From a virus (lineage: Duplodnaviria; Heunggongvirae; Uroviricota; Caudoviricetes), in the IMG/VR virus record IMGVR_UViG_3300025765_000001: 64,000 nt of DNA; one strand, written 5' to 3'. Both the position numbers and the translations under genes were made by a program. The number at the start of each line of letters is the position of its first letter. The stretch's first letter is position 1. Positions 19,111 through 28,534 of this stretch are shown here, piece after piece. The notes below the pieces were generated by a model that worked only from the letters and a program-made list of their open reading frames with translations, was not told the DNA's origin and ran no database searches.

Positions 19111-19965
19111 ATGGAAATTGCTGTCGTTTTGAACGCACATGGAAATACAGAGCTAGTCTTAGATACGCTGGCGTCAGTACGGAAGTGGGTGACAGACAAG
19201 GTTTTTGTCATAGCAGATGGTGCTTCTTGGCAGACCTGGGGCCAGAACGTGGACCTGGGAGTGCCGAAGGTGGAAGGCTTTAGGCATGGGGCACCGTGCA
19301 GTCCCTACCGCAATTATACTCTGGGGTTGATGGTAGCTTCCCAGACATGGCCTGATGTTGATTGGTACTGCTACATGGAGTACGATGTACTCTTCGCCTC
19401 AGATTCCTTCAAGGAGGAACTGGCAATTGCCAAGCAGCAAAACGTGTGGTGCCTTGGGAACGATATGCGAAAGGACCGGTATAATCTACCTCTACTCAAC
19501 TACATAGTTGGGAATAAAATCAAAGAATACTATTACCTTCTAGGGTGCTGCGTCTTTCACAACTCCGACTTCATCAAGAAGCTCAGGGAGAAGAACTTCT
19601 TCGAGAGATTCTTGTTCTTTACAAACGAGTTTAGAAATGGGTACTTTCCGGGTTATTCAGAGAGAAGAGGCTATGACTTCGGAGAGCATCTATACCCAAC
19701 CCTAGCCTGTCATTTGGGTGGGTTGATTGGCGGTTTCGCATCCTGGGATCGCCGGACCCTGACGTGGGGCGGGAACTATCCCAAGTTCCCTATGCGATGG
19801 GAACCAGAGTTACATCCAGAGAGTGAGAACTTTGAGGCAGCGGCCATCCTCCACCCTCTGAAAGACCCAAACAACCCCATTAGGCTGCTGCACAAAATGA
19901 AAAGGAACACCAATGGAATACACTCACACTCCTGTAATTTTGGTCTTCCTCCTCGACGTAAGTAG
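19111..19965 (+). CDS. Putative glycosyltransferase
   Basis: GT-A-like N-terminus; YMEYDVLF. Confidence 0.55.
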   Translation: MEIAVVLNAHGNTELVLDTLASVRKWVTDKVFVIADGASWQTWGQNVDLGVPKVEGFRHGAPCSPYRNYTLGLMVASQTWPDVDWYCYMEYDVLFASDSFKEELAIAKQQNVWCLGNDMRKDRYNLPLLNYIVGNKIKEYYYLLGCCVFHNSDFIKKLREKNFFERFLFFTNEFRNGYFPGYSERRGYDFGEHLYPTLACHLGGLIGGFASWDRRTLTWGGNYPKFPMRWEPELHPESENFEAAAILHPLKDPNNPIRLLHKMKRNTNGIHSHSCNFGLPPRRK

Positions 19966-20515
19966 CAATACTTACACTCGACTAGTGGACCAATTGGTGG
20001 ATTGCTGCACTAAACTAGAAGGAGACGACTGCCCTGTTTTTTACAACAGTCAGGACACCTTCTCTACAGCCAAAGGAGTCGCCATAGCTGCTTTGGCCGA
20101 CTACCAGCCTTTCGAGATCAAACTGTCTCAGTGGATTCAGGTTTTGGTCAAATCAATTACAGGATTCGATGTGATGTACGCCAAACGTGTATTCGTCATC
20201 GCAGATGAATTCAAGAAAGTAGACGAGTTCAAGATCACGATGGCTCTGGAGAAGAATCAGAGAGATAATGAAAACAGCATGTTCCATTTCATCCCCATCC
20301 TCCAACCGAGTGCATATCTCAAAGAATTGGCTAAGCAGGGCCAGTGCCGCTACCATGAGCTAGCGATCAATAACATTGGACAGCTTATTTCGGATACTGT
20401 GAAACAGTCTTACGGGGCCATGAAGGTGAACTCGGCGAATGACCTGGAGGGCCTGCGGCAAGAACTAGAAAGTATGGAGAAACAAGATGAAAATAGGGAA
20501 GGAAGAGTTATCTAG
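19913..20515 (+). CDS. Hypothetical protein
   Basis: 200-aa ORF overlapping both neighbours in the operon. Confidence 0.6.
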   Translation: MEYTHTPVILVFLLDVSSNTYTRLVDQLVDCCTKLEGDDCPVFYNSQDTFSTAKGVAIAALADYQPFEIKLSQWIQVLVKSITGFDVMYAKRVFVIADEFKKVDEFKITMALEKNQRDNENSMFHFIPILQPSAYLKELAKQGQCRYHELAINNIGQLISDTVKQSYGAMKVNSANDLEGLRQELESMEKQDENREGRVI

Positions 20516-21296
20516 GCTAGACCTGCGGCCAGTTTTTTCTAGGTCTCCGGTCGATATAATCGTGCCATTTCACGGCGAGTATCATCGTGTCATTTCTCTC
20601 ATTCAAAGCATCTGGAATATGACCCAGAGCAACCCGTATCAGGTTTGCCTTGTAGACGACGCCTCTGCTAATCAGGACTTCCTTGAGAAGTTCAAGAGTA
20701 GCTATAACCCAGCAGGCTATTACGAAAACCAAATTCTACCCGTCAGGAGCGACAAGCACTTGGGGTTTGGAGGGGCGGTTAATTTGGGACTGAGTAAGAC
20801 CAAGCAGCCTTGGGTCTGCATACTCCAGTCGGATTGTGTCATTGAAAACCCTAACTGGTTAATAGAAATGGGCCGGTCGTTGGTCAGGCTGGATAAACAA
20901 AACGTCCACATGGTTTCTGCTCGCTCGAACAACCCAGGAGACGGTTACGATCCTCGGTTGAAAGCTCTTCGTAAGGAACAAAGCGAGGACATTATACTCG
21001 AAGACCCAGATGCGGCTCTGCCACTTTATTGTGTCATGTTCCAGCGTGAGTTGTTAAACCGGATTGGCGGACCCCTCAAAGAGTATTCTTATGGCATGTA
21101 TGAAGATATGGAACTGGCCTATCGAATGAGGCACCACGGATTCAAACAAGGTATATGCGGCAAGAGTTGGGTACGCCACTACGCAGGCTCTACTTTTACC
21201 ACGATTAGCCATTATGTAAGTAATTTGGAAGAAATCATAGAAGAAAATCGTCATCGGTGCATTCAAGACATCAAGAGTTTGAAGAAAACCGGCTAG
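20487..21296 (+). CDS. GT2 family glycosyltransferase
   Basis: IIVP, LVDDAS, GFGGAVN.G, LQSD, EDMELAYR. Confidence 0.85.
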   Translation: MKIGKEELSRLDLRPVFSRSPVDIIVPFHGEYHRVISLIQSIWNMTQSNPYQVCLVDDASANQDFLEKFKSSYNPAGYYENQILPVRSDKHLGFGGAVNLGLSKTKQPWVCILQSDCVIENPNWLIEMGRSLVRLDKQNVHMVSARSNNPGDGYDPRLKALRKEQSEDIILEDPDAALPLYCVMFQRELLNRIGGPLKEYSYGMYEDMELAYRMRHHGFKQGICGKSWVRHYAGSTFTTISHYVSNLEEIIEENRHRCIQDIKSLKKTG

Positions 21297-21361
21297 TGCG
21301 TCATATATAGAGTGAGCATTGAGGATGCTCGAAACTAGTTTCATTATGGAGGAAATCAGAT

Positions 21362-21517
21362 ATGAAGTGCAAAAAGCCTAATGGAGTTTTCACTACAGTA
21401 ACGTGGAAGCTATTCTATGCAGCCTGCAAGAGATTCCAGATTGCCAACGGCACCTGCAATGCTTTATCCAAGGGTTATGTAGCCGCTGTAACTGTCTGCA
21501 ATCAGCAGTTGTTCTAA
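21362..21517 (+). CDS. 51-aa Cys-containing small protein (not in ORF track)
   Basis: GGAGG RBS, open frame MKCKKPNG...VCNQQLF, terminator directly after. Confidence 0.6.
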   Translation: MKCKKPNGVFTTVTWKLFYAACKRFQIANGTCNALSKGYVAAVTVCNQQLF

Positions 21518-21523
21518 GCTAGG

Positions 21524-21555
21524 GAAAAGCCCGCCGAAGGCGGGCTTTTCTTTTT
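21524..21555. terminator. Bidirectional intrinsic terminator
   Basis: GAAAAGCCCGCC-GAA-GGCGGGCTTTTC-TTTTT. Confidence 0.85.
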
Positions 21556-21928
21556 ACATTTCTACAGTCTGTACTACCGCCTCCAACTCAAGAGGCGTGA
21601 TCTCAATCCATTCTGTTAGCAAATTGCTATCCTTTGCTTTTCCTCTTGGCCCAACGGCTATTGTGACGTGTGGTGTTGTGTTTACAGAGGGTGGTCCTGA
21701 TTTAACACGAGCCGCCATTACCTGGAGGTCGAGGTCTAGGGCCACGGCATCAATCTCTAACAATACCCTTTGCCCTTCTAGATGGGCAGCCGGACCTTGA
21801 TCGAGGCGACCAAGATTCGTGGTCATATGATGACACTTGACCGACCACCCTTCCGGTATTATTAAACTGATGTATTCCCTAAGTTTATGCGGTTCGTTTA
21901 GAACCGCCCCGCTGTACACGAAACCCAT
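21554..21928 (-). CDS. 2H phosphoesterase-like protein
   Basis: Two HxT motifs (HHMT, PHVT). Confidence 0.65.
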   Translation of the reverse strand: MGFVYSGAVLNEPHKLREYISLIIPEGWSVKCHHMTTNLGRLDQGPAAHLEGQRVLLEIDAVALDLDLQVMAARVKSGPPSVNTTPHVTIAVGPRGKAKDSNLLTEWIEITPLELEAVVQTVEM

Positions 21929-22506
21929 TAGCTATCATCCCGTTGCATAGACGCTGATTTCATTGGAGTTAAACCCGCCATAGCCTTCCAGTCTTCTAGT
22001 AGCTTCGCATGAGCTTCTGCTGCCTCCTTTTCGGCTTTCTTGCGGACTCGTGTTTCGTACCTGGGCCAGAATGCATAAAGAAGATATTCCCACCACTTCA
22101 GTTTGATTTTCGGCGGTGAGACCACTTTGATCTGCGGCTGCTGTAACCCCTTGAGAGGAGTTAGATTGCGTATCTGTATGACATGGTGTTCATTAGATAT
22201 GCCGCTTGGCTCGTAGTCTTCCTTCGGATTTATGAGTTCGTGGAACTCATAGTGATGCATACCGTCAGCACTTCTCTGGAAGTGCATTGGTATACTCTTC
22301 TTCTTGCAGTATTCTACCACTTCTCTCTCGGTAGAATCAAGATAGTCAGGCTCGAAGACTATAACGAATTTACTAGAGCCTCGATTATCTCTAGATGTCT
22401 CTTTTTTGAACTTGATTTGATTTTTACAACAGAATTCCTCGAAGCTCTTCTCCGCATTAGAGACGTGTTTGCTTCGGAGTATCTTGGTGTGCTTTATTGC
22501 GTGCAT
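21928..22506 (-). CDS. Hypothetical protein
   Basis: 192-aa ORF coupled to neighbours. Confidence 0.6.
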   Translation of the reverse strand: MHAIKHTKILRSKHVSNAEKSFEEFCCKNQIKFKKETSRDNRGSSKFVIVFEPDYLDSTEREVVEYCKKKSIPMHFQRSADGMHHYEFHELINPKEDYEPSGISNEHHVIQIRNLTPLKGLQQPQIKVVSPPKIKLKWWEYLLYAFWPRYETRVRKKAEKEAAEAHAKLLEDWKAMAGLTPMKSASMQRDDS

Positions 22507-22550
22507 ATTACTCCTTTCTAACTGCTTAGTATAGTAGCAGTTGGAAGAAT

Positions 22551-23303
22551 TTAATAGTGCGTCAGGATTTTGTAGCCATCCTTTGTAACTAGAACAGTAT
22601 GCTCGAATTGAGCAGAGAGCTTGCCATCAGCAGTACGCACGGTCCACTGGTCAGACTCATCTAGGAGCCATTCACTTTTTCCTTCGTTTATCATTGGCTC
22701 TACTGTGAAGATCATACCGGGCAGCATGATGGGGCCTTCGGACCTACGTGCCGAGTGGGGTACTATCGGTTCCTCGTGCATTCGGATGCCGACGCCGTGA
22801 CCACAGTATTGTTGGACAATTGAGTAACCTCGTGGTCTAGCTATGTTTTTGATGCGATCACCGATGACGCCCAATTTGCGATTTGGACCTATTGTTTTGA
22901 TGCCTTCCACCATACATTCGTAGGTCGTGTCTACGAGCCGTTTTGCCCGGTCGCTGATTTGTCCCACAGGAAAGGTTCCACAGATATCGCCATAGTAGTT
23001 GCCAAGTTTAGCAACTATGTCGATGCTTACGATATCACCCTCTTTTAGCCGAGTTTGGTTGGGTACACCGTGGCACACAACCTCGTTTACAGATATGCAG
23101 GTTGCTTTTGGGTAGCCTTGGTATCCTAGACAAGCAGAACTTCCATCTTTTGATTTGATGTATTCGTGTATCAGATCGTCTATTTCTTCGGTGGTGATAT
23201 TCGGCCTAATTAGTGTCTTGGCGTATATCAGGGCTTCGGAGACTAGATTGCAACTTTTGCGGATGCCGTTGATCTGCTCTGCGTTCTTGATGATGATCCC
23301 CAT
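22551..23303 (-). CDS. map: Type I methionine aminopeptidase
   Basis: CISVNEVVCHG.P, GDIVSID, YYGD, GHGVG...HEEP, FTVEPM, SAQFEHT. Confidence 0.95.
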   Translation of the reverse strand: MGIIIKNAEQINGIRKSCNLVSEALIYAKTLIRPNITTEEIDDLIHEYIKSKDGSSACLGYQGYPKATCISVNEVVCHGVPNQTRLKEGDIVSIDIVAKLGNYYGDICGTFPVGQISDRAKRLVDTTYECMVEGIKTIGPNRKLGVIGDRIKNIARPRGYSIVQQYCGHGVGIRMHEEPIVPHSARRSEGPIMLPGMIFTVEPMINEGKSEWLLDESDQWTVRTADGKLSAQFEHTVLVTKDGYKILTHY

Positions 23304-23710
23304 ACTCTTATAATAGAGTATTTTGCTTGGCTTTTGTAAGTTAAGAGATCATTGCATCAGAATTGGCGAGTAGATCGGCGAAAGTTGGATGCCAGCTAGA
23401 ACGAGTTTCATTCAACTCATCCCAAGTCATCCATCCGACAGGTAGAATACAAGGCTGGCGTGTAATTTGAGAAATACCGTCAGTTCAACGGGAATTAACA
23501 CTCATGGAGATGATAAAGTTCATGCTAAGAAATTGGCAGGTGGTCGTCGGAGAAGTGAGAATCAAACACAAAATCTCTCACTGTGAGATTTTAGTAGGTT
23601 TTGAGGAACGGTAGACATCAGGCTTTGAAAGGATTCTCTAAATGAAGGAAATGCCTCTCAAGATGGGAACCCCGGTTTCGACTCGGTTCTGTCGGTTAAC
23701 CTTGATGATT

Positions 23711-24472
23711 TCATGCGTCACGGATTGATCTCCTAGCAGCGGCGTGCAAGTAGAGTACCCAGAAGATTATCATGTCGTAGGTAAAGTGGACCAGAATGGC
23801 AGCCACGATTCCATATTTGAACATGATGTAGAACAAGAAAAGACCGATGTACCAAGAATTCACGACTCCCAGGAATCCTTGATACTTGTGGCCGTCTCGA
23901 AATTTGGCGTTGACAGCCAGAACCGCCGCACCGAGTAGCCATCCCTGATTGACTAGAAATTCGCTGAAGTAGCGGAGTGTCATGAAGTCGGCGAACGGCA
24001 GGACGATATACCACGATAGCAGGCGAGGCAGTTCGGCCCACGACCAGCCGAACATCCAATTCAAAAAACCAAAAAAGAGGAAATTCGTGATCTGGATGGC
24101 GATGAAGGCACCGTAGAACAGCACCCACCGAAAGATGATTTCCTCGAAAAAGCCAGCGATGCCGCTGATGATTGCACCGCCGATGATAAAGTCTTCAGCG
24201 TTGTCGATATGCTCCTTCTTCCAGTCGGCTCGAAATGCTAAGAACATCTGGATAGAGAAGCCCCATACGAAGATCGGCCAACCGGTCTTCACACCCTCCC
24301 AGATCGTGTCGCCATCCCAGACCCAGAACTCGAAAATCGTAAACGGAATAGAGTTAGGCCACAACCACTTGCAGAGGCACACGAATGGGAATGTGATGAA
24401 GAACTTGCTTTTCGGTTCCTTCGTCTTCCGTTTGACGGAGAATTGCGGCAGCCACGATTGGCGTTTTTTCAT
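23711..24472 (-). CDS. CPBP/Abi family intramembrane metalloprotease
   Basis: GFFEEIIFR, H.Y, VHFTYD; multiple TM segments. Confidence 0.75.
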   Translation of the reverse strand: MKKRQSWLPQFSVKRKTKEPKSKFFITFPFVCLCKWLWPNSIPFTIFEFWVWDGDTIWEGVKTGWPIFVWGFSIQMFLAFRADWKKEHIDNAEDFIIGGAIISGIAGFFEEIIFRWVLFYGAFIAIQITNFLFFGFLNWMFGWSWAELPRLLSWYIVLPFADFMTLRYFSEFLVNQGWLLGAAVLAVNAKFRDGHKYQGFLGVVNSWYIGLFLFYIMFKYGIVAAILVHFTYDMIIFWVLYLHAAARRSIRDA

Positions 24473-24548
24473 GCCAGTTCTCCTATAAAAATGGGCCGTC
24501 TAGTGATCACTACTAGACGGCCCATATTACTCCATTTCCGGGGAACTG

Positions 24549-26054
24549 TTAAGTCCAACCGTTTTCCTTCCACCACATTTCTACAATGATCTTGCGGAAG
24601 TAGCCCTGGAAGTCGAGCGAAAGGTCGGTCGCTCCGGTGACGTGGTGTGCCACTTCTTCCACCACCGCCTCCATCAAGAGCTTGTTGATGCCGTTGTTGG
24701 CAACATGCTCGTTGATATAGACAACGCCGTTGTTGTAGTAGCCGTGGGTCATATTCTCTCTGGACATGATCTCACGGAAGCAGTTGACGGGCGGCTTCTG
24801 CTTGTGTCGTGTCAGGTCGAGTTTGACTAGTTTGTTCCAGACGATATCGACTGCTTCCAAAGCAACAGGCGTCGGGTCTAGAATCTTGCGGCCCTTCGCC
24901 TCGTGCGGGTCAAGGACTTTCTGGACAGTCTGTACGTCGTTCTCCTTGGAGGCACGCACCAGGGTAGCCGCCTCCACGACCTTGACCTTGTGGCCCTTTG
25001 ATTGAGCGTACTTGATGATCTGCTCGTCGTCCTCGTGGGCCAACACCACGCCCTCCTCGCCAACTGCCTTCTCCCAGCCTTCTTTCCAGTTCTTGCGGGC
25101 CTTGTCCCGCAGGGCGGCGTCGTAGATGCGTTCGGTCGAGAGGTAGTAGGACTCGAAGGTAAGCTCCCACACCTTTTGGCGGTCAATAGCCGCCTTGAAG
25201 ACCCTAGCGATGGCTTCGGAGTCGGCGGCACGGAGAGCCTTGGTTGCCGCTTCCTTCACTTCGTAGTCGCTGACGACCCGGCTTTCGTCTAGAACCAGTT
25301 CGTCATCGAAGTTGTAGTCGAACAGCGACGGTTCTTCGTAGTCCGTAATCTCACGGACTAGAACGCCCTTCTTGTAGACGACGGCGACACGTTTACCTTC
25401 CGTCACATTCCGGTCCCGCTTCGGTAGAATGACCGTGTTCAGCAGTTCCGGCTCGCTGAAGTGCAGGAACCGCTTCGGAAGTTCCAGGTAGAACTGGTTG
25501 ATATCCGGGGTTAGCGGAAGGTAGACTCTGGTGTACCCGGACTTTGCCCGTACCTGGGAGGCATCCACGATTTCGACCGTAAGCCGCCTGTCCTTAAGGG
25601 CTTTACAGAAACTACCCTCCTCCCGAATGGTGCGATCCAAGGCGTTCGAGACGAACTCCCGCAGGCCCATTGCGAGGTTGTTCCAGTCGAACTTGCCGTA
25701 GTCTACGGAGAAATTGAGGTCTTCCGTCCGCTTGACTTGCTTCTGCTCGCCTCTGGAGCCGGTGACACGGCAGAAAACCTTCCCGTAGTGTTTGATCGTC
25801 AGGCCGTCGTTCATCTGATGCGGCTTCACGAAGAAGGAAAGCCGAAGCGTGCCGCAGAATACGATGGGATCGATTTTATTTCGGAGGCACAAGTTGATGG
25901 CGTGCTTATTCCCCGACCCGAACTGGCCGATGGTGCCGTCTGTTCCGGCAGTGGTCGAAACTCCCAGGACCATGAAACCCTCTGGCGGTGCTTCGCCGGG
26001 GTTTTGGATCATCAGGTAAGAGCTTGCTTGGACGCCGCTGACTTCACTATCCAT
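24549..26054 (-). CDS. GHKL-type ATPase domain protein (apparently permuted) with C-terminal zincin-like motif
   Basis: IGQFGSG precedes LREFVSNALD; C-terminal EEVAHH. Confidence 0.6.
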   Translation of the reverse strand: MDSEVSGVQASSYLMIQNPGEAPPEGFMVLGVSTTAGTDGTIGQFGSGNKHAINLCLRNKIDPIVFCGTLRLSFFVKPHQMNDGLTIKHYGKVFCRVTGSRGEQKQVKRTEDLNFSVDYGKFDWNNLAMGLREFVSNALDRTIREEGSFCKALKDRRLTVEIVDASQVRAKSGYTRVYLPLTPDINQFYLELPKRFLHFSEPELLNTVILPKRDRNVTEGKRVAVVYKKGVLVREITDYEEPSLFDYNFDDELVLDESRVVSDYEVKEAATKALRAADSEAIARVFKAAIDRQKVWELTFESYYLSTERIYDAALRDKARKNWKEGWEKAVGEEGVVLAHEDDEQIIKYAQSKGHKVKVVEAATLVRASKENDVQTVQKVLDPHEAKGRKILDPTPVALEAVDIVWNKLVKLDLTRHKQKPPVNCFREIMSRENMTHGYYNNGVVYINEHVANNGINKLLMEAVVEEVAHHVTGATDLSLDFQGYFRKIIVEMWWKENGWT

Positions 26055-26273
26055 CGTGGTTTTCCTCCTCGTGCGAATGCCGAAACCTCAACACAACCCC
26101 ACTATAGTGCTGAGATGATCAATGTAAAGTCTGTTTTTTTCGGTGCGGTCGTGCTAGCGGGGTTTTTGAAACTGGTCTTTTTTCTCAAGGCCGGGCCTGC
26201 TAAAATCCGCACTCGTTGGCGGCATGTTGCCGCTGAGCCTGACCACGGAAGCTGGCTTCTAACCAGGAGAAGG

Positions 26274-26474
26274 ATGATGTTGGTACTTTCTAGAAAGCGG
26301 AACGAGTCAATCGTCATCAACGACAACGTGAAGGTGACGATTGTAGACGTGAAAGGTGATCGGGTGCGGGTTGGCATCGAGGCTCCGAAGGAAGTGCCTG
26401 TCCACAGGCAAGAGGTTTACGATACCATCCACGATGACGGTACCCAGGAGGACGGCAAGACGGATGAGAGCTAG
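26274..26474 (+). CDS. csrA: Carbon storage regulator CsrA
   Basis: MLVLSRK.NESIVI.D...VRVGIEAPKEVPVHRQEVY; AGGAG RBS. Confidence 0.95.
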   Translation: MMLVLSRKRNESIVINDNVKVTIVDVKGDRVRVGIEAPKEVPVHRQEVYDTIHDDGTQEDGKTDES

Positions 26475-26781
26475 ATGCTGTCCACATTGTCAACAGCCGG
26501 TTCCCGTCGAGGAGAGTTACTACTTCGATGCCGATCTGAGCGTCCGATGCGGTAACTGCAACCGAGTTGTTTTTCCAACCACCCAGGCGGCAGAGGCCGA
26601 AATAGATTTATCGCTTCGGACTGGTTGGCAGCAGCACTCTCAACAGTTGCCCCGCCTATTTCCTGGCAGCTACGTCGGCCCTCAGTTCGCCGAATTGGGG
26701 GCCGACGTGGACGCCGACGTTGATTGACTGACTTGACGCCCGGCTTCTTATCACTATCATGTTCTCGACAAGGACGGTCCC

Positions 26782-27450
26782 ATGTCGGACGCTGCGAAGA
26801 AAACGCCTCTCGTGCAGGAGTTTGAGAGGGCCTTTGGACAACTGAACAAGGGTCTGTTCGGAGACAGGTTTCGGCTGCCGACGCATGTTGTACAACCGGA
26901 CAAAAAGGTGGTTTTTCGATTTGTCGGAAACACGCCCAACGCCTACCATATCACAGTTGGCGGGTACTTCGGCAAACTGAAGACCATCAAGGAGCTTGTG
27001 CAGGAGTACCTGCACGAGATGGTCCACATCTCGAACTGGTACGACAATATACTGGACTGCACGACGAACCAGTACCATCGTCGAGAGTTTCTAGATGCTG
27101 CCCTCAAGGTCGGCTTCTACGTCTCTAGGCACAAAGTACAAGGGTGGGGGATTACTAGAATCGATCCGCCCAAGATAGAGAATACACAGGCCCCGGAAGA
27201 AGAAGCCGCACGGCGGCTGGCCGAACTTCTCGAAAACTTCAAATTTCAAAAAGACGTTTTCGAGAACAGCAGGGAGGAAATCAGGCGGTTGGCGAACACG
27301 CCCAGGAAGGTGTGTTTCCTAAAATACGTTTGTCAATGTCCTCCTCCGCACAACTCTATCCGGTCGGGTCGCCGACCGGATGGGCTGCATCCCCTCAAGA
27401 TCAGGTGCGAGAACTGTAACTCGTTGTTTGTGCTAGCGAAGGGCAGATGA
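26782..27450 (+). CDS. SprT-like zinc metalloprotease domain protein
   Basis: LHEMVH...YH..EF; C-terminal Cys-rich ribbon. Confidence 0.65.
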   Translation: MSDAAKKTPLVQEFERAFGQLNKGLFGDRFRLPTHVVQPDKKVVFRFVGNTPNAYHITVGGYFGKLKTIKELVQEYLHEMVHISNWYDNILDCTTNQYHRREFLDAALKVGFYVSRHKVQGWGITRIDPPKIENTQAPEEEAARRLAELLENFKFQKDVFENSREEIRRLANTPRKVCFLKYVCQCPPPHNSIRSGRRPDGLHPLKIRCENCNSLFVLAKGR

Positions 27451-27470
27451 GGCACATGGAGGAAAAATGA

Positions 27471-27734
27471 ATGACAACCGAAACCCTGGAGTCGGAATTA
27501 CGACGTGTTCTGTACGTCACTCCCCACGCCCGCAGTATTAGAGACCTTTCTATATCGGTCACGGACGACACGATCACACTTCAAGGACGGGCGACAACGT
27601 ATTACCAGAAGCAGGTGATTCAGCACGCCATTCTGAATTACCTCGAAACTCACCGGAACAATGGCCTCGCTGGAAGGCAATTCCGCCTTCTGAATGCGGT
27701 CACCGTGTTTTACCCGGAAAAGCGAGATGACTGA
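27471..27734 (+). CDS. BON-like small protein
   Basis: ITLQGRATTYYQKQVIQHA pattern resembling planctomycete BON proteins. Confidence 0.55.
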   Translation: MTTETLESELRRVLYVTPHARSIRDLSISVTDDTITLQGRATTYYQKQVIQHAILNYLETHRNNGLAGRQFRLLNAVTVFYPEKRDD

Positions 27735-27789
27735 TTTTACATGGGCGGTGCTCGGCACTAAAATGTTCCCGAATGAAAAAGGGGGGACA

Positions 27790-28443
27790 ATGCCAAGACC
27801 CAGCCTAACCATGTACCCGCCAAAGCCCAGAGGCAAGCTAATCTCTGGTCAATTACCGGCCTACGAGAAGAGTGGGAAGTGGCTTGCTCAACGCAAGTTC
27901 AACGGCACTCACATCCTCATCTCGATCTCCCCCGACCGGGAAGTAGACATCATCCGTCCTGGTGGTGAACCCACGATCCAGTTCACCCCGACGAGGGAAC
28001 TTTTCGATGAATTTCGCAGTCTAAAACTGGAGCCGGGACTGCAATACTGGCTCGATGGCGAGCTTCTGAACAATAAAACGGCTTCCACCCACTACAAGGG
28101 GAAACTGGTTCTTTTCGACGTATTGCAAGCTGGGCGTTACCTTTTGGGAAGACCCGCCCAGATAGAACGCCTAAAGATGCTGGAAGGCATTTGCCATTCC
28201 TCCACACAACTAGAATCCGCTGCTGGTATTGCTCTGGTTGTGACCCCCAATGTCTGGCTTGCTCAATCGTTCTTTACCGACTTCGTTCCCAGGTTTCGTG
28301 ATTTTCTAGACCACGATGAGATCGAGGGCTTGATGCTCCGCAAGAAAGATTCGTGCCTGGACAAATCTGGCTCGAAGAAATATGTGGTGGACTGGATGAT
28401 TCGATGCCGCAAACCCCATTCAGGAGGTAGCTACGACTTCTAA
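27790..28443 (+). CDS. ATP-dependent ligase adenylation domain (no OB domain)
   Basis: QRKFNG (KxNG), LDGEL, LFDVL, EGLMLRKK motifs. Confidence 0.75.
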   Translation: MPRPSLTMYPPKPRGKLISGQLPAYEKSGKWLAQRKFNGTHILISISPDREVDIIRPGGEPTIQFTPTRELFDEFRSLKLEPGLQYWLDGELLNNKTASTHYKGKLVLFDVLQAGRYLLGRPAQIERLKMLEGICHSSTQLESAAGIALVVTPNVWLAQSFFTDFVPRFRDFLDHDEIEGLMLRKKDSCLDKSGSKKYVVDWMIRCRKPHSGGSYDF

Positions 28444-28534
28444 TTGACAGATCAGACCAGCGTATGTATATTGGCGGTGGTTCGCCAGTATACCAAAACT
28501 GAACTCAAGGCTGTCCAAACCGGAGGTTAAGGAC

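Noticed and set aside
23340-23700. Possible degraded small gene between map and the CPBP gene
   Set aside because: Multiple stops and no confident family; left unannotated.
25737-26273. Long N-terminal extension of CsrA in the ORF track (245 aa)
   Set aside because: It overlaps the antisense GHKL gene and its promoter; the RBS points to a start at 26274.
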